NCBI GenBank assembly: GCA_964106915.2
Contig: OZ066916.1
From: Podarcis gaigeae
Taxonomy: Eukaryota
Strand: one strand, 5' to 3'
Length of the DNA: 64,000 nucleotides
The translations under genes and the position numbers were made by a program. Position 1 is the first letter of the stretch; each line of letters begins with the position of its first letter. This document shows, one piece after another, positions 27,190-38,394 of this stretch. Below the pieces are notes generated by a model that saw nothing but the letters and a program-made list of their open reading frames with translations, did no database searches and had not been told where the DNA came from.

Positions 27190-30100
27190 AAAAACAATAT
27201 TAGTTGGATTAATATCACGAGAAGAGGGGAAGCACAATTGGAAGAGAAAAAATGAGATTGTGTGGATTTCTTGGATGTTAGAAAACCCTGGATAAGTAAG
27301 TAATAACTTGTATTCTTCCATTTCACACAGATGCTAGCAGCCAGAATTTGCTTTCTTGTGAAATCTGTGGAAGACATTTTACACAGGATGCACTGGTAAA
27401 AACAAGACAATTAACCACTGAATATATTTAGTGACATAAAAGCAACCGTAAGATAATTGACCAAGCAAGAATGGAAATGACTCTGTTAATGAATGAATTC
27501 AGTAGGCTGGTTCACAACTGAAGTTAACCTTACAGCAGAAGCTTTCATAGACTGCAGCTTTTAAGGAATTCAAAGCAGAAATAGCAACAGGCAAGTACTT
27601 GGAAGTACTTGTTAGTGTTTACAGTAAACATCCCTCATCCCCGCCTTTTATTCAATGCAAAGAGAAGAAAAATCAGTAATAAATGGAAGCTCTCCGCATA
27701 CCTCACGTATCTTAGAAACAATTCCCAATGTTTCCTTCACAACATTTTTACATATGTTAATGTGTTTCTCAGTCCCTTAGCTCTGGGCAGTTCGGACCAA
27801 TTCAAGTTCATGTACTCAGGAATCCTTTTGAATATTGGATGACCATGCTACATTTTCACTTCACATTTAAACTACCTTTAATTGCCACTCTTAGCAGCTG
27901 CCACCACATGAATATCAGTAAACACAAGAGCTGGGTCCCCTCCCCCATTTACTTATTTTTAAATTTACATTTATGTATCATCTTTCCTGGGTCTCCCCAC
28001 TCCATTCTGTCCTCACAACCACCTTCTGAAGTAGGTTAGACTGAGGAGACACCGTGAACTTCATGACTGAGTAGGGATTTGAACCTGGGCCTCCTGGGTA
28101 CTTAGGTGTTCATATGCCTTCCTTCACCGCTTAGCTAACATGCAATTAGCAAGGGGAATTCAGAGTTACAAGTTTTAAAAGTCCCTTGTTCAGGCCATTT
28201 TAAAGTGTCCAGGGTGGTTTATACATTATCCTCAAACTAGACTTTTGCCAAGCCACGCAGCCTTTACAAAGGCATTACATTGGACCCAGCATAAAAACCA
28301 AACATGAAAAACCGATGCTGCTTTTTCTAAAAAAAAAAGTTTTTAAAATCCCTGTTTACAAGATTATATCCTTACAGGTGCAACAGCCTGAGCCAATCAA
28401 AGGTGAACAAGCCACTTGACTTGGTTGGCACTACAGCCAAATAATTACACCTCTGCTAGGGAAAACATGCACACCTACCTTACTAATATTTAACTTGAGA
28501 AAATGAGAAGTATCCCAGATTAGTCAAATTAGGTACCCACATTTATTCCATGTCCAGGATAGATTTCAGACACAGGTAATTAGATATACATACAAGTTAG
28601 GCATCATCTCCTTTGCTGACTCCCAAAAGCTTGGGCACACTACACCAAGGCTTGACTTAATCATGCCTTTCATTTTTGGAACCCTACATTTAGAGCTCAG
28701 TATAACATTATTTTGATCAACCCTTACTTGGCAGACCTTTCTCTGTCTCTCTCCATCTTAGGCACGACATGAACCAATATGCAGAAAAGTCTTCAACAAA
28801 AAGCGCAAGCCATTTAATTCCTTGAAACAGCGACTGCAGGGAACTGACATTCCAACAGTAAAGAGGAAGCCACCCCCGAAGGTATTTTTGAATTAGGCAT
28901 GCAACTTGACTCAAATATCTCAGTTCAGGGATGTTTCACAAGAGTTGGGGTGACTTATTTGCCAGACATAAGGACTGTGCTAATACATAGGGTTGAAATG
29001 TCCTGTAAAAGTTACTGTAGCACTGAGTCATAGATTAACCCTCTGACTCTGCTTCCCTTACATTGCCTACTAGGAAGTAAGTGCATATTTCTTCTTCTTC
29101 CTCTTTACAAGCCCTCCAAGACTTCTTCATTCACTATGAAACTGTGCTTTTGGAACCATCCATTTGGAGCTCATATTAACATCTAGTTTAATTGCTATTT
29201 CCTGGTTCAGAAATAAAGATCCTAAGAATACATTATGCTTCCCTCAAAGAAGAGGTGAGCATTGTGATTCCATGATTCTTCAACTCAAGATTAAGAAATT
29301 CATCTACTTGCCCTTACCCACCAGGCTCTCTAATCTCTTTCCATCTATACACAGGCTGCCATACCCTCCCTCTTCAAATCTTCCACCAAGCCCAGGCTTT
29401 GGCTGCCACCTAAATCCACCACGCTCCTACCCCAAAACCCATCCTTCCTACCCACTCATTTGTTAGAGGTGACACTGTCATAGTTATCTCCCATCTTCTG
29501 CACCTGGCACAAGAAAACCAAGGAACTGTATTACCTGTGTTTAATAGATAATTAAACTTTATTATTGCTTGTTATTGTTTCATCATTATAACGCATTTAA
29601 CATCTCTTGAAATTCTCTTTTCAAAAACAGTTTAGGACTATGTATCTATTAATGCACCCTCAGACTGAAAAATGTGATTCAAGTATTTCCTTTTCAGAGC
29701 CAACCAGAGAGAAAATCTCATTGGAGACAACAACATGAGGACTTCATTAATGCAATCCGATCAGCCAAACTTGCCACTATAGCTATGAAAGAAGGCCGCC
29801 CTCTGCCTCCGCCACCGCCTCCAACCATTAATCCAGGTTATTTACTTGCATTGAAGCTGTTCATCCTTGTTTAAAAATAGAGGGTTGGGTCCAGGCTCAC
29901 AGAGGGTCCAAAGATTCAGAGAAATCTCCTGCAGAGAGGAAGAAATATTCACTTCCTTCACATGTGGGAACATCCCGTGGATACAATTCTGCCCAAGGGC
30001 AGTCTGGGTCTAACTCAGAGAGTCATTTGAACAATTAACTAAAACAGAGCTAGTGGATAGTACTGGACTTCCACTCAAGAGAATAATTTTCAACTCGGCT

Positions 30101-33100
30101 ACTGTTTCAGTGGGAAGTCTCTCTCAACCAAATTTCTTCATCTGCAAGATAACAATCATAAGCCTGATTCACACATCATTCTAATTCAAAGCATGACTTA
30201 GCATGAATGTGCAGGCTACTGGAGAGATTGTGTCTGCTTTGCTCCCCGCCCCCCGCCCCCGAGTTGTTTTGCTACTGTGCAATGCTGAGCTAAACCATAG
30301 TTTGGCTCAGCATGTTGTCCCAGCCTGGGCTTATTTTAGCTTTCTCCAGCATAACCACAAGCTGTAACCAAGCTGTCCTGTGGTTTATAACTCATGGTTT
30401 GTCCAGGAGAGTTAAGCCATGAACCTGGATTCAGATGACAAAGGGAAACTGGCTCATTGTGGCATATTCACATTATTTATATATTTTACGTTACAGATAA
30501 GTAGCCGTGTTGGTCTGCCATAGTCAAAACAAAAAAAATTCCTTCCAGTAGCACCTTAAAGACCAATTAAGTTAGTTCTTGGTATGAGCTTTCGTGTGCA
30601 TGCACACTTCTTCAGATACACTGAAACAGAAGTTACCAGACCCTTCTATATAGTGAGAAGGTGGGGAGGGGTATTACTCAGAAGGGTGGTGGGAATGGCT
30701 GATTGGCAGATAGCTGTGATGAGCCTGTTGACGACTCTTAACGACTGCAATAGGTCTTACAGGAAAAAGCAAGGGGTGAGAAGGTGAAAAATGGCTTTGT
30801 CATGTATAATGAGATAAGAATCCAATGTCTTTGTTCAGACCAGGTCTCTCCATGGTTTTAAGTTTGGTGATAAGTTGCAATTCAGCAGCTTCTCTTTCCA
30901 GTCTATTTCTGAAATTCCTTTGTAGTAAAACAGCTACTTTGAGATCTTGTATAGAATGTCCTGGGAGATTGAAGTGTTCTCCTACTGGTTTCTGTCTTGT
31001 GATTCCTGATGTCGGACACAAATACCCCTCCCCACCTTCTCACTATATAGAAGGGTCTGGTAACTTCTGTTTCAGTGTATCTGAAGAAGTGTGCATGCAC
31101 ACGAAAGCTCATACCAAGAACTAACTTAGTTGGTCTTTAAGGTGCTACTGGAAGGAATTTTTTTTGTTTTTTTATATATATTTTATAACAGTGATGTTGT
31201 CTCCCAGGTACTATATAAATTGCTTTTATAGCTCTCGTTCCTTTGTTATATTCAGATTATATTCAGTGTCCTTACTGCATGAGGTTTAATGAGGCTGCAG
31301 CAGAAAGGCACATCAATTTCTGTAAAGAACAAGCAGCCAGGCGTGCATTTGCTCCAGGTCAGAAAGGATCCAAAGCACCCCCTGTAAGTAATTTTATTTT
31401 ATTCAAGCCATTAGTCACATTTTTGTCCCCTCCTTCTTCCAGGGGCTATATAGAATAATAAAAACAAGGAGGAGCGCTGCCAAATGTATCTCCGTTAATT
31501 CTTTCACTTTCCCATGAATTCTGGAGAAGGGTTGCGGTTCAGTACTGGAGCACCTGCTTTGCATGCAGAAGGTCCCACATTCATTCCCTGGCATGTACAT
31601 CTGGAACTGGGAATATCACCTCCCTGAAACCCTAGAAAGCCTCTGCCAATCAGTGTAGGCAGTAATGAGTCATGGTCCATGCCTAAGCATATATTATATT
31701 ATGGTCAATGAATACTTGTTCATTGCAACATTATTTATTTTCTTCTAATTTTGCCACTTCACTCTAAAGGTTCTAGAGTACTCTTCTCCCATTAAAAGCT
31801 GAATGCCAAATGTTTCCAAATGTCACATTTTTTTGAGCTATAGAAAAGACTGATGGATGAATAAACCAGTCAAACCAGAATTTGCAAACAAAAAAAAACT
31901 CATAGGAAAATGTGCAGAAATATTTTAACCAACAGACTGGAAGGTTTTCACCTTTTTAAAAAATACATAATTTTTTTAGTCCCTGTAGGGTTGCTATAGG
32001 GGACGTGGGTGGCACTTTGGTCTAAACCCTGAGCCTCTCGGGCTTGCCAAATGGAAGGTCAGTGGTTCAAATCCCCACAACAGTGAGCTCCCATTGCTGT
32101 GTTCCAACTTTTGCCAACCTACAAGTTTGAAAACATACCAGTGCAAGTAGATGAATAGGTACCGCTGCGGCAGGAAAGTAAACGGCGTTTCTGTGCGCTC
32201 TGGCTTCCATCACTGTTATGTTGCACCAGAAGTGGTTTAGTCATGGTGGCCAAATGACCTGGAAAGTTGTCTGGACAAACATCAGCTCCCTTGGCCTGAA
32301 GCGAGATGAGCGTCACACCCATCACCTTTGACTGGACTTAACTGTCCAGGGGTCCTTTACCTGCCATAAAGCAATTTTTCTAAGGTTTTTTTCTCCTCCA
32401 GTTTGACTTGTTGGAAATTATGAGAGGTTTTGGGGAGAATCTAAGTACTCTAGCTAATACAGTGGTATCTCGGGTTAAGTACTTAATTCGTTCTGGAGGT
32501 CCGTTCTTAACCTGAAACTGTTCTTAACCTGAAGCACCACTTTAGCTAATGGGGCCTCCCGCTGCCGCCACGCCACCAGAGCACTATTTCTGTTCTCACC
32601 TTGAAGCAAAGTTCTTAACCCGAGGTACTATTTCTGGATTAGCGGAGTCTGTAACCTGAAACGTATGTAACCTCAAGTGTATGTAACCTGAGGTACCGCT
32701 GTACACAACTTCAGTTAGTGAAGGGCTAATGTGGTGTAGTGGATAGTGTTGGATCAGAGAAATGTTGGTTTGAATTCTGCTGCCCCACACTGCAGAATAT
32801 TTGGGTAGTCAGCCACTCTTTACCTAAACATCCTAGGATTGTTGAGAGGATAAACATATGATAGTCCCAAAGCTCCTTAAGCTTTTTGGATACAAATGTG
32901 ATAAATCAACTGTACTGCATAATGAATGTATGCTAAAACGTTCTTTATATATTTACTGCGTATTTTCCAGGGCAAACAAGCAACTCCCAAAAAAGAACCA
33001 ACCCTAACAAGTGCTGTGGGAACACTGCTTCAGAACAAGACACAGGAAGGCACTGATCCAAGCCAAGTAGTAATAGGTAAGTAGCAAAAATAACGTTGAA

Positions 33101-34809
33101 TTAATGCTCCAAAATATTTGAGGGTCACAGAAATTATTCCTTTCAACTGCACCTCCCAAACTTTAATGTTAAACCATTTCATTGCATTTCACATTCATTA
33201 GCTAGTATGCCCTATTGTGAAAACCACCCTGTAGAAGAGATTCATTTTTGCTGCTGTTGCATATTGCATGGATGCCTTTACTGTTCTGGTTAAGCCAATT
33301 TTGTAACCGTTAGAACTACTCTAACAGTATCATAGGGCTTAGTAGGTGAGTTTTCTGTAGTTTACGATGGCTTTATAGACTACTTTTGAACTAATAATTT
33401 ATTAATTGATATGCAATATAATTTGCTTTTTGGATTTTTTATGTAAACTATCTAGGGAGCCTATTTTGGGGCTCAAAGGGCTAAGTAGGATAGAAATAAT
33501 TCTAGAAACAGTGGAAGGGATATAGCATTTGGTTTGAAGTGAAATCAATATTCAAAATTATTCTGCTATATACTCTTGCCTTTGGTTTGTATTTTAAAAC
33601 TGAGTTATGGAAAAGCCCACAAACTTAGACCAAGCAAACCTTAGCATTGTGATCTTAAGACTGGAAATAATAACAGTCATGCACTTTCAAAATGCAATGA
33701 AAGTTTAATGCTTAAAGCTTCAATCCTATACTCACCTGGAAGCAAGCCCCACTGAACTCAGTGGAACTTACTTCTGAGCAAACATGTATAGCAGGGATGT
33801 CCAACACATCAATCACGATCTACTGGTCGATCCCTGTGAGGTTTTGGTAGATCGCTGGCCCCCTTCTGGCCCTGGGCCCCGCTCCCCGCATAGGCCTCTA
33901 TTGTTACAGAAGGGAAGCCAGAATTTAGAAACCAGCCGTAAGGTTAGTGGCTGCTTCTGTTCCTCCCTCAGAAGAGCTGCAAAAAAGTCCCTAACCCTCC
34001 CTCCCAAAAAACGGGGGTAGATCACTGCCAGATTTTAATTCTGAAAGTAGATTGTAGTCTCTTGGGAGTTGGCCACCCCTGATGTAAAGGAATGCACTGT
34101 AATTCTACAAATGAAATCAGTGCTTGACTTTTTCTGGACTATGCCCAGAATGTATTTTTGCAAAGGATTTTAAAGAGGTATAATTGATTTGTTATTTTTA
34201 AGGGCGTGCTGCAGAAACCTCTGGTGGAACGCTGCAGAAAAAAGCACCTGGAATTCCCTCTGGGAAGGAGCCTGGGTAAGAAACAAAGTAACTACATCCC
34301 TGGGTTTTTACATGAGTGATCCAATCTTAATTCTCTTAAAAGCCATGAAAAACAGTTGAGAAACAGACCAGTCAAGGAAAAATGACAATTCCAAAGAACT
34401 TTTTATATAGAATAAATAAGCTTGTAAAATGTGGAAATACAAAACTTACTGCAAGTGCCAGATACCTTAATGTAAACATGACATTTTGCTATTTGTATCC
34501 ATTTATGTAACTCTCATTTCTTCAGCATATGGCCTACAATATCCATTTTAGTAAACAAAATCATACAAAATAACCATGTATTGCTATACCAGCATCTGTA
34601 TCAGGGGTATAAAAATAGATCAGTTTCTCAAGGTTTTCTAGCTGAACTATTTCAAAGTGGTCTTGATCTGTACCTTGAAACAGTCTTAACAGAGTCCACC
34701 TTCAGAGAAAAGAGAAACTTATACCATTGTATATGATCTGCTTTATTTCACAGCCCTCCTAAATTAATGTTTTACTGCTTTTAGGGTTCCAGTACAGGGC
34801 AAAAAATAA
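26812..34809 (+). CDS. ZC2HC1B: Zinc finger C2HC-type containing 1B (exons 26812-26848, 27331-27395, 28762-28881, 29698-29836, 31256-31383, 32971-33076, 34203-34275, 34785-34809; about 230 aa)
   Basis: The translation contains CEICGRHFTQDALARHEPICRKVFNKKRKPFNSLKQRLQGTDIPTV, KSHWRQQHEDFINAIRSAK, EGRPLPPPPPPTINPDYIQCPYCMRFNEAAAERHINFCKEQ and PKKEPTLTSAVGTLLQN. Introns are GT-AG and phase-consistent. The first and last two exons rest mainly on splice signals and phase, so they are less certain. Confidence 0.9.
30582..30619 (-). ncRNA. Minimal hammerhead ribozyme motif (PLE family A, minus copy)
   Basis: Exact reverse complement of 31077-31114. Confidence 0.75.
31077..31114 (+). ncRNA. Minimal hammerhead ribozyme motif (PLE family A)
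   Basis: GUAU-CUGAAGA-A-GUGUGC-AU-GCACAC-GAAA-GCUC-AUAC. It has the core boxes CUGANGA and GAAA, a 6-bp stem II, a 4-bp stem I, and palindromic AGCU in place of stem III. Confidence 0.75.
31999..32362 (+). mobile_element. Sauria SINE (older copy)
   Basis: Same head, body and GGGGTCCTTTACCT tail as the 15627 copy, but more diverged. Confidence 0.85.
32460..32701. mobile_element. Tc1/mariner-pogo (Tigger-like) MITE
   Basis: TIRs CAGTGGTATCTCGGGTTA / TAACCTGAGGTACCGCTG with TA flanks. Same family as 53718-53940. Confidence 0.88.
33792..34081. mobile_element. hAT MITE
   Basis: TIRs CAGGGATGTCCAAC / GTTGGCCACCCCTG, TSD 7/8 (ATGTATAG / ATGTAAAG), and GATCTAC/GTAGATC subterminal motifs. Confidence 0.8.
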
Positions 34810-34956
34810 GGGTGGCATGTTCCCCCTTGCCTCTGAATAAGAGCACTTACTTTTTACAGCCCAGAAGTCCAGCAAACTAGTCCACCGATAAACATGTATC
34901 CTGTGTCTCATGAAACCTGTATGACTTTACGAACTATGCTTTACGAACTATGCAAT

Positions 34957-34962
34957 AATAAA
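34957..34962 (+). terminator. ZC2HC1B: ZC2HC1B poly(A) signal
   Basis: AATAAA about 150 nt after the predicted stop. Confidence 0.55.
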
Positions 34963-35620
34963 AGAAACATGATCAAATTCCTGGGAGTTGACTCAATATT
35001 TGCAGCTGGCATATACACAATAGCAGCAAATGCTTATGGACGATGGAGTGATATGCACACACACATGCTGTAATTTTAAGTTCAAGCCAAGTGTTTCCTA
35101 TTTGTTCACCATTACATCCCCCTCCATTTTATTTAAGTATTTCCCCCCTCATTATATTGGTTAGCTACATGTAATCACTGGGTTGTGCTACTAATGAAAG
35201 AAAAATAATCAACAGACTAATCAAACCTAGGTGACCTTATGTGATGGATGTGGAAAATATGTAATACATATGTTGTGCAGCCTCCAGTCATTTTAATGGT
35301 AATTAAAAGAGGACTGCATGAAGCAGAGTAACAGCAACCCTCAACTAAAAGTATGGGGGGCCATTGCTTCTGTACATGTCCCCAAATATTTGAGAGCAAT
35401 TTCGCACTTAACATATAACATTTTGAAATGCAGGTATTTAGTTTGCCCTGTGCAGTCCATTACAGATGAATCCCATGCAGGTCTACTCACAAGCAAGTCC
35501 CATTGACTTGAATGGGCCTCACTGGGTTCAACGGGACTTGCTCAAAAATACAGCCTGACCGACGTCTCCTGTATAAATTAACGAATCACCACAAAACAGA
35601 TTAGAAGGCGGAGTGTGGAA

Positions 35621-35626
35621 TTTATT
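35621..35626 (-). terminator. SF3B5: SF3B5 poly(A) signal
   Basis: TTTATT on + (AATAAA on -) about 400 nt past the stop, followed on the minus strand by a GU-rich tract (TCTGTTTTGTGGTG). Confidence 0.7.
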
Positions 35627-36024
35627 AGAGAGTTGCCTAAATTCCTCCAAAAAAAGTTACAAAATCTAGAGTGAGGCGGGGGAGGGGACGCGTCGCTTTC
35701 AGGCCTCTTCCAAGAAATTCACGCCGCCTCCGAGCAAGGAGAACCACCTGCCTCAGTCTCTCGCGATGGACGGGCTTTTCACAGTTCGCGGCAGAATTGG
35801 GGGAAGTTCACAGCCGCGCTCTCCGAAGGCGCCTGGGACTCGAAAGGAAGTTGGCCCCGGGAGCGCAACAAGGGGGAGGGGGGCAGGATTTGTTCCAGAG
35901 AAGGCGGCCTCAGGCGAAGGAAGAAGCCGCGTCCCGTCGGCCCTCCTCGTCGCGGCGCTTCCCAAATTTCTCTCGCCCCGGCTGCCCTTTCCCGCCCCTT
36001 CTCTCCCGCGGGGCGCCAGGCGGC

Positions 36025-36285
36025 TCAGGCTTCGTCGGGCTTGTCGACGGGCGGCCCGCACGGCTGCAGCATCTTCTCCATGAGGTTGAAGCGGACGCGG
36101 GCTTTGCTCTCGTTCTCGGCGATGGCGAAGTAGTTGAGCAAGTCGAAGTGGCCCATGTAGGAGCAGTACGAGTCCCGGTGCTGGTTCACCAGCCACTCCC
36201 ACTTGGTGGTGTCCGCGTGGCCCGTCCCGATGTACTTGGACTGCAGGTGCTCCAACTGGCTATGGATCGTGTAGCGGTCCGTCAT
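36025..36285 (-). CDS. SF3B5: Splicing factor 3B subunit 5 (SF3b10), single exon, 86 aa
   Basis: MTDRYTIHSQLEHLQSKYIGTGHADTTKWEWLVNQHRDSYCSYMGHFDLLNYFAIAENESKARVRFNLMEKMLQPCGPPVDKPDEA with a strong Kozak context (GCCGCCATG). Confidence 0.99.
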   Translation of the reverse strand: MTDRYTIHSQLEHLQSKYIGTGHADTTKWEWLVNQHRDSYCSYMGHFDLLNYFAIAENESKARVRFNLMEKMLQPCGPPVDKPDEA

Positions 36286-36660
36286 GGCGGCGACGAGGAG
36301 GTACAGGAGGAAGGCGGCAACCGAGGCGGCGGCGGTGTCTCAAAGCCGGCAAAAGCGATGCAAGAGGACGAAACCGTATCAGCTCGGCCGAACTGGCCGC
36401 CTCTGCCAGGCCGCCGAAAAGCACCTCACAAAATGGAGGTCGGAGGAAAAGGAGGGACCAGACACGCACTTCCTTTTCCGGATCAACCTTGGCGTTATTG
36501 CGGTAGCTAGGTAACGTCGCTCTTGCATCGTAAACGTTCGCTCTCTATGGTCGCAATTCGCCGCGCCGAATGTGGGGCGGGCCTTGCTCACGGCGCAGCC
36601 AATGTTAGTCCTCCCTGCCTGCCTTTTAAACGAATGAGGCAAATGCTTTCGTTTCGCATT
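36286..36660 (-). promoter_or_regulatory. SF3B5: SF3B5 CpG-island promoter and 5' UTR
   Basis: CpG-rich, with tandem ETS-like CACTTCCTTTTCCGG (about 36467), a GC box GGGGCGGG (about 36574) and CCAAT (about 36599). Confidence 0.7.
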
Positions 36661-36934
36661 CACCGCAGTGGTTCCCCCCTTTGTTTCCGTGGTTCTCGGT
36701 ATGGAGAGCAGAAGTTAAAATCCCCTGTGAAGGTCCGTGGGGAATCGCTTTTTCCAAAGCAGCGCTTCCTCAAGCCCTGTAGAAAGAATGAGAGTGTGTG
36801 CTCATTAAATAAACACAAGTTCATCTCTCTTGTCGGGGTTCAGCCTCGGGTCATGCGAAGTAATAATGCGAAGGCGTGCCTCTGAGCACGCGCAGAATCC
36901 CTTCTCTCCCTAGGTAAGTGTAGTAATTATAATT

Positions 36935-36993
36935 TATTTATATCCCGCCCATCTGGCTGGGTTTCCCCAGCCACTCTGGGCGGCTCCCAACAG
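36935..36993 (-). mobile_element. Short LINE 3'-end fragment (L2-like stem-loop plus AT-rich tail)
   Basis: Reverse complement of 60992-61085 (CCCAGAGTGGCTGGGGAAACCCAGCCAGATGGGCGGG..ATAAATAA). The family assignment is tentative. Confidence 0.6.
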
Positions 36994-37724
36994 AATAATA
37001 AAAATAATAAAGCAATAAAATATCAGAGAGCAGAGACTGACAAACGAGGTGCCGCAACTTTCCGACAGACTTGAGCGCCGAGCTCAATAATCTAAATTAC
37101 GACCTTTTTTTCTGGTTCCCCCTATTCTGAACCTAGAGTCGAAATCCACCGTGATCACCGACAATCCGAGGAAAGAGAGGTGACTGTGTCGAATCCCTCC
37201 CGTAGGAAAATAACTTTTGCTTGTTTATTCTGCTTGTAGTCGGTGCTCTTAAATAAATTCCTGAAATTACTGTGTAGAGATTGGTTTAAAAATAATTGGA
37301 AGTTTTGCCTGTGCAGTTAATCTGAATGGCCGCTGGATGTCGTAGTAACCTATTCGGGAAAGTCAACTCATTTTTATTCTTGATCGATGCTGCAAAAGCC
37401 AGCATGACGGCAACAGGGCGTTTCTAGGAATAGGGGTTAATGTGAAGGCAATGGCTTGAATATTTTATCCAAATTATGAAGTCTATTGCATTACTGAGTC
37501 CTTTGCTAGTGAAGACACACATAATATGCGTGACTGCGAAGACCAGTGGAATGAACACAGCGGAAGCCTTCCATTGTTTTGTTGACTGGGAATTCACCTT
37601 CAGATAATGACTGAACATTTGCTGACATCACAGCAGTCCTTAGCTTTGGTTTGTTTTGAGAAAAAACTATTTCATCCAGGTGAAGTGGAATAAAATAAGG
37701 GGAAATGGGGTTATAGGGTATATA

Positions 37725-37760
<36 letters not shown>

Positions 37761-37762
<2 letters not shown>

Positions 37763-37924
37763 TTTCGTAGATTTTCACGGGTACAGGAATGCAGGTTTTG
37801 GTGTCCTCGGGTGTCTTCCCGTGTAAAAGTTGGGGTGTCTAGGCGATGACGAGTGAGACCTCGTCGAAACGTCGCCTAGACACCCCAACTTTTACACGGG
37901 AAGACACCCGAGGACACCAAAACC

Positions 37925-37929
<5 letters not shown>
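37761..37929 (-). mobile_element. Miniature Penelope-like inverted-repeat insertion (family B) in a (TA)n run
   Basis: 58-bp perfect inverted arms 37789-37846 / 37872-37929, a 28-nt one-sided tail 37761-37788, and a loop holding the 3' part of the hammerhead. The sequence matches the ends of the 58971-60046 element, and (TA)n lies on both flanks. Confidence 0.85.
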
Positions 37930-37962
<33 letters not shown>

Positions 37963-38394
37963 TATATATATGAGTTTTCTAGTTTCTAGGATGTTCCTGA
38001 TTCAGAAACCAATCAACCCAAAGTCAAGAAAATACGGGGACAACAGTTTTAAAACAGATGCAGTAGCCATTTTATGTGATTCCAAACACCCAATGGCAGA
38101 CATTTAGTGACTGGCGCCCACGGCACTTCTTTAAAATTGCAAATGTGACCACTGGCCTTTCAAGTTTAGACACCCCTGCTATACTGGTATTTTAGAACAT
38201 TTCACATAGCGATGTTTTCAAATTATTTAAGCTAATAAAACTTTCCAAGATAACTGATAATGCAACTCTTACACCTGTTTACTCAGAAACAAGTCCTACT
38301 GAGTTCAATGGGATTTAATACAGTGTGTATGGGTTGGATTGCAGTTTCAGAAAGTTCCAGGCTTTCAGGTTAACCCACTAAATACCAAGCTGTG

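Larger units (their letters stand above)
30491..31170 (-). mobile_element. Penelope-like retroelement, 5'-truncated, with an inverted pseudo-LTR copy
   Basis: The minus ORF 30800-31010 encodes a GIY-YIG endonuclease C-terminus (KPVGEHFNLPGHSIQDLKVAVL...REAAELQLITKLKT..PGLNKD). The 150-bp inverted arms 30526-30675 / 31021-31170 have 1 mismatch and the flanks are AT-rich. Confidence 0.9.

Noticed and set aside
35671-36510. 279-aa plus-strand ORF and other overlapping ORFs at SF3B5
   Set aside because: These are antisense shadows of a GC-rich CDS and CpG island with few stop codons. The long ORF has a GTG start and no recognisable domain.
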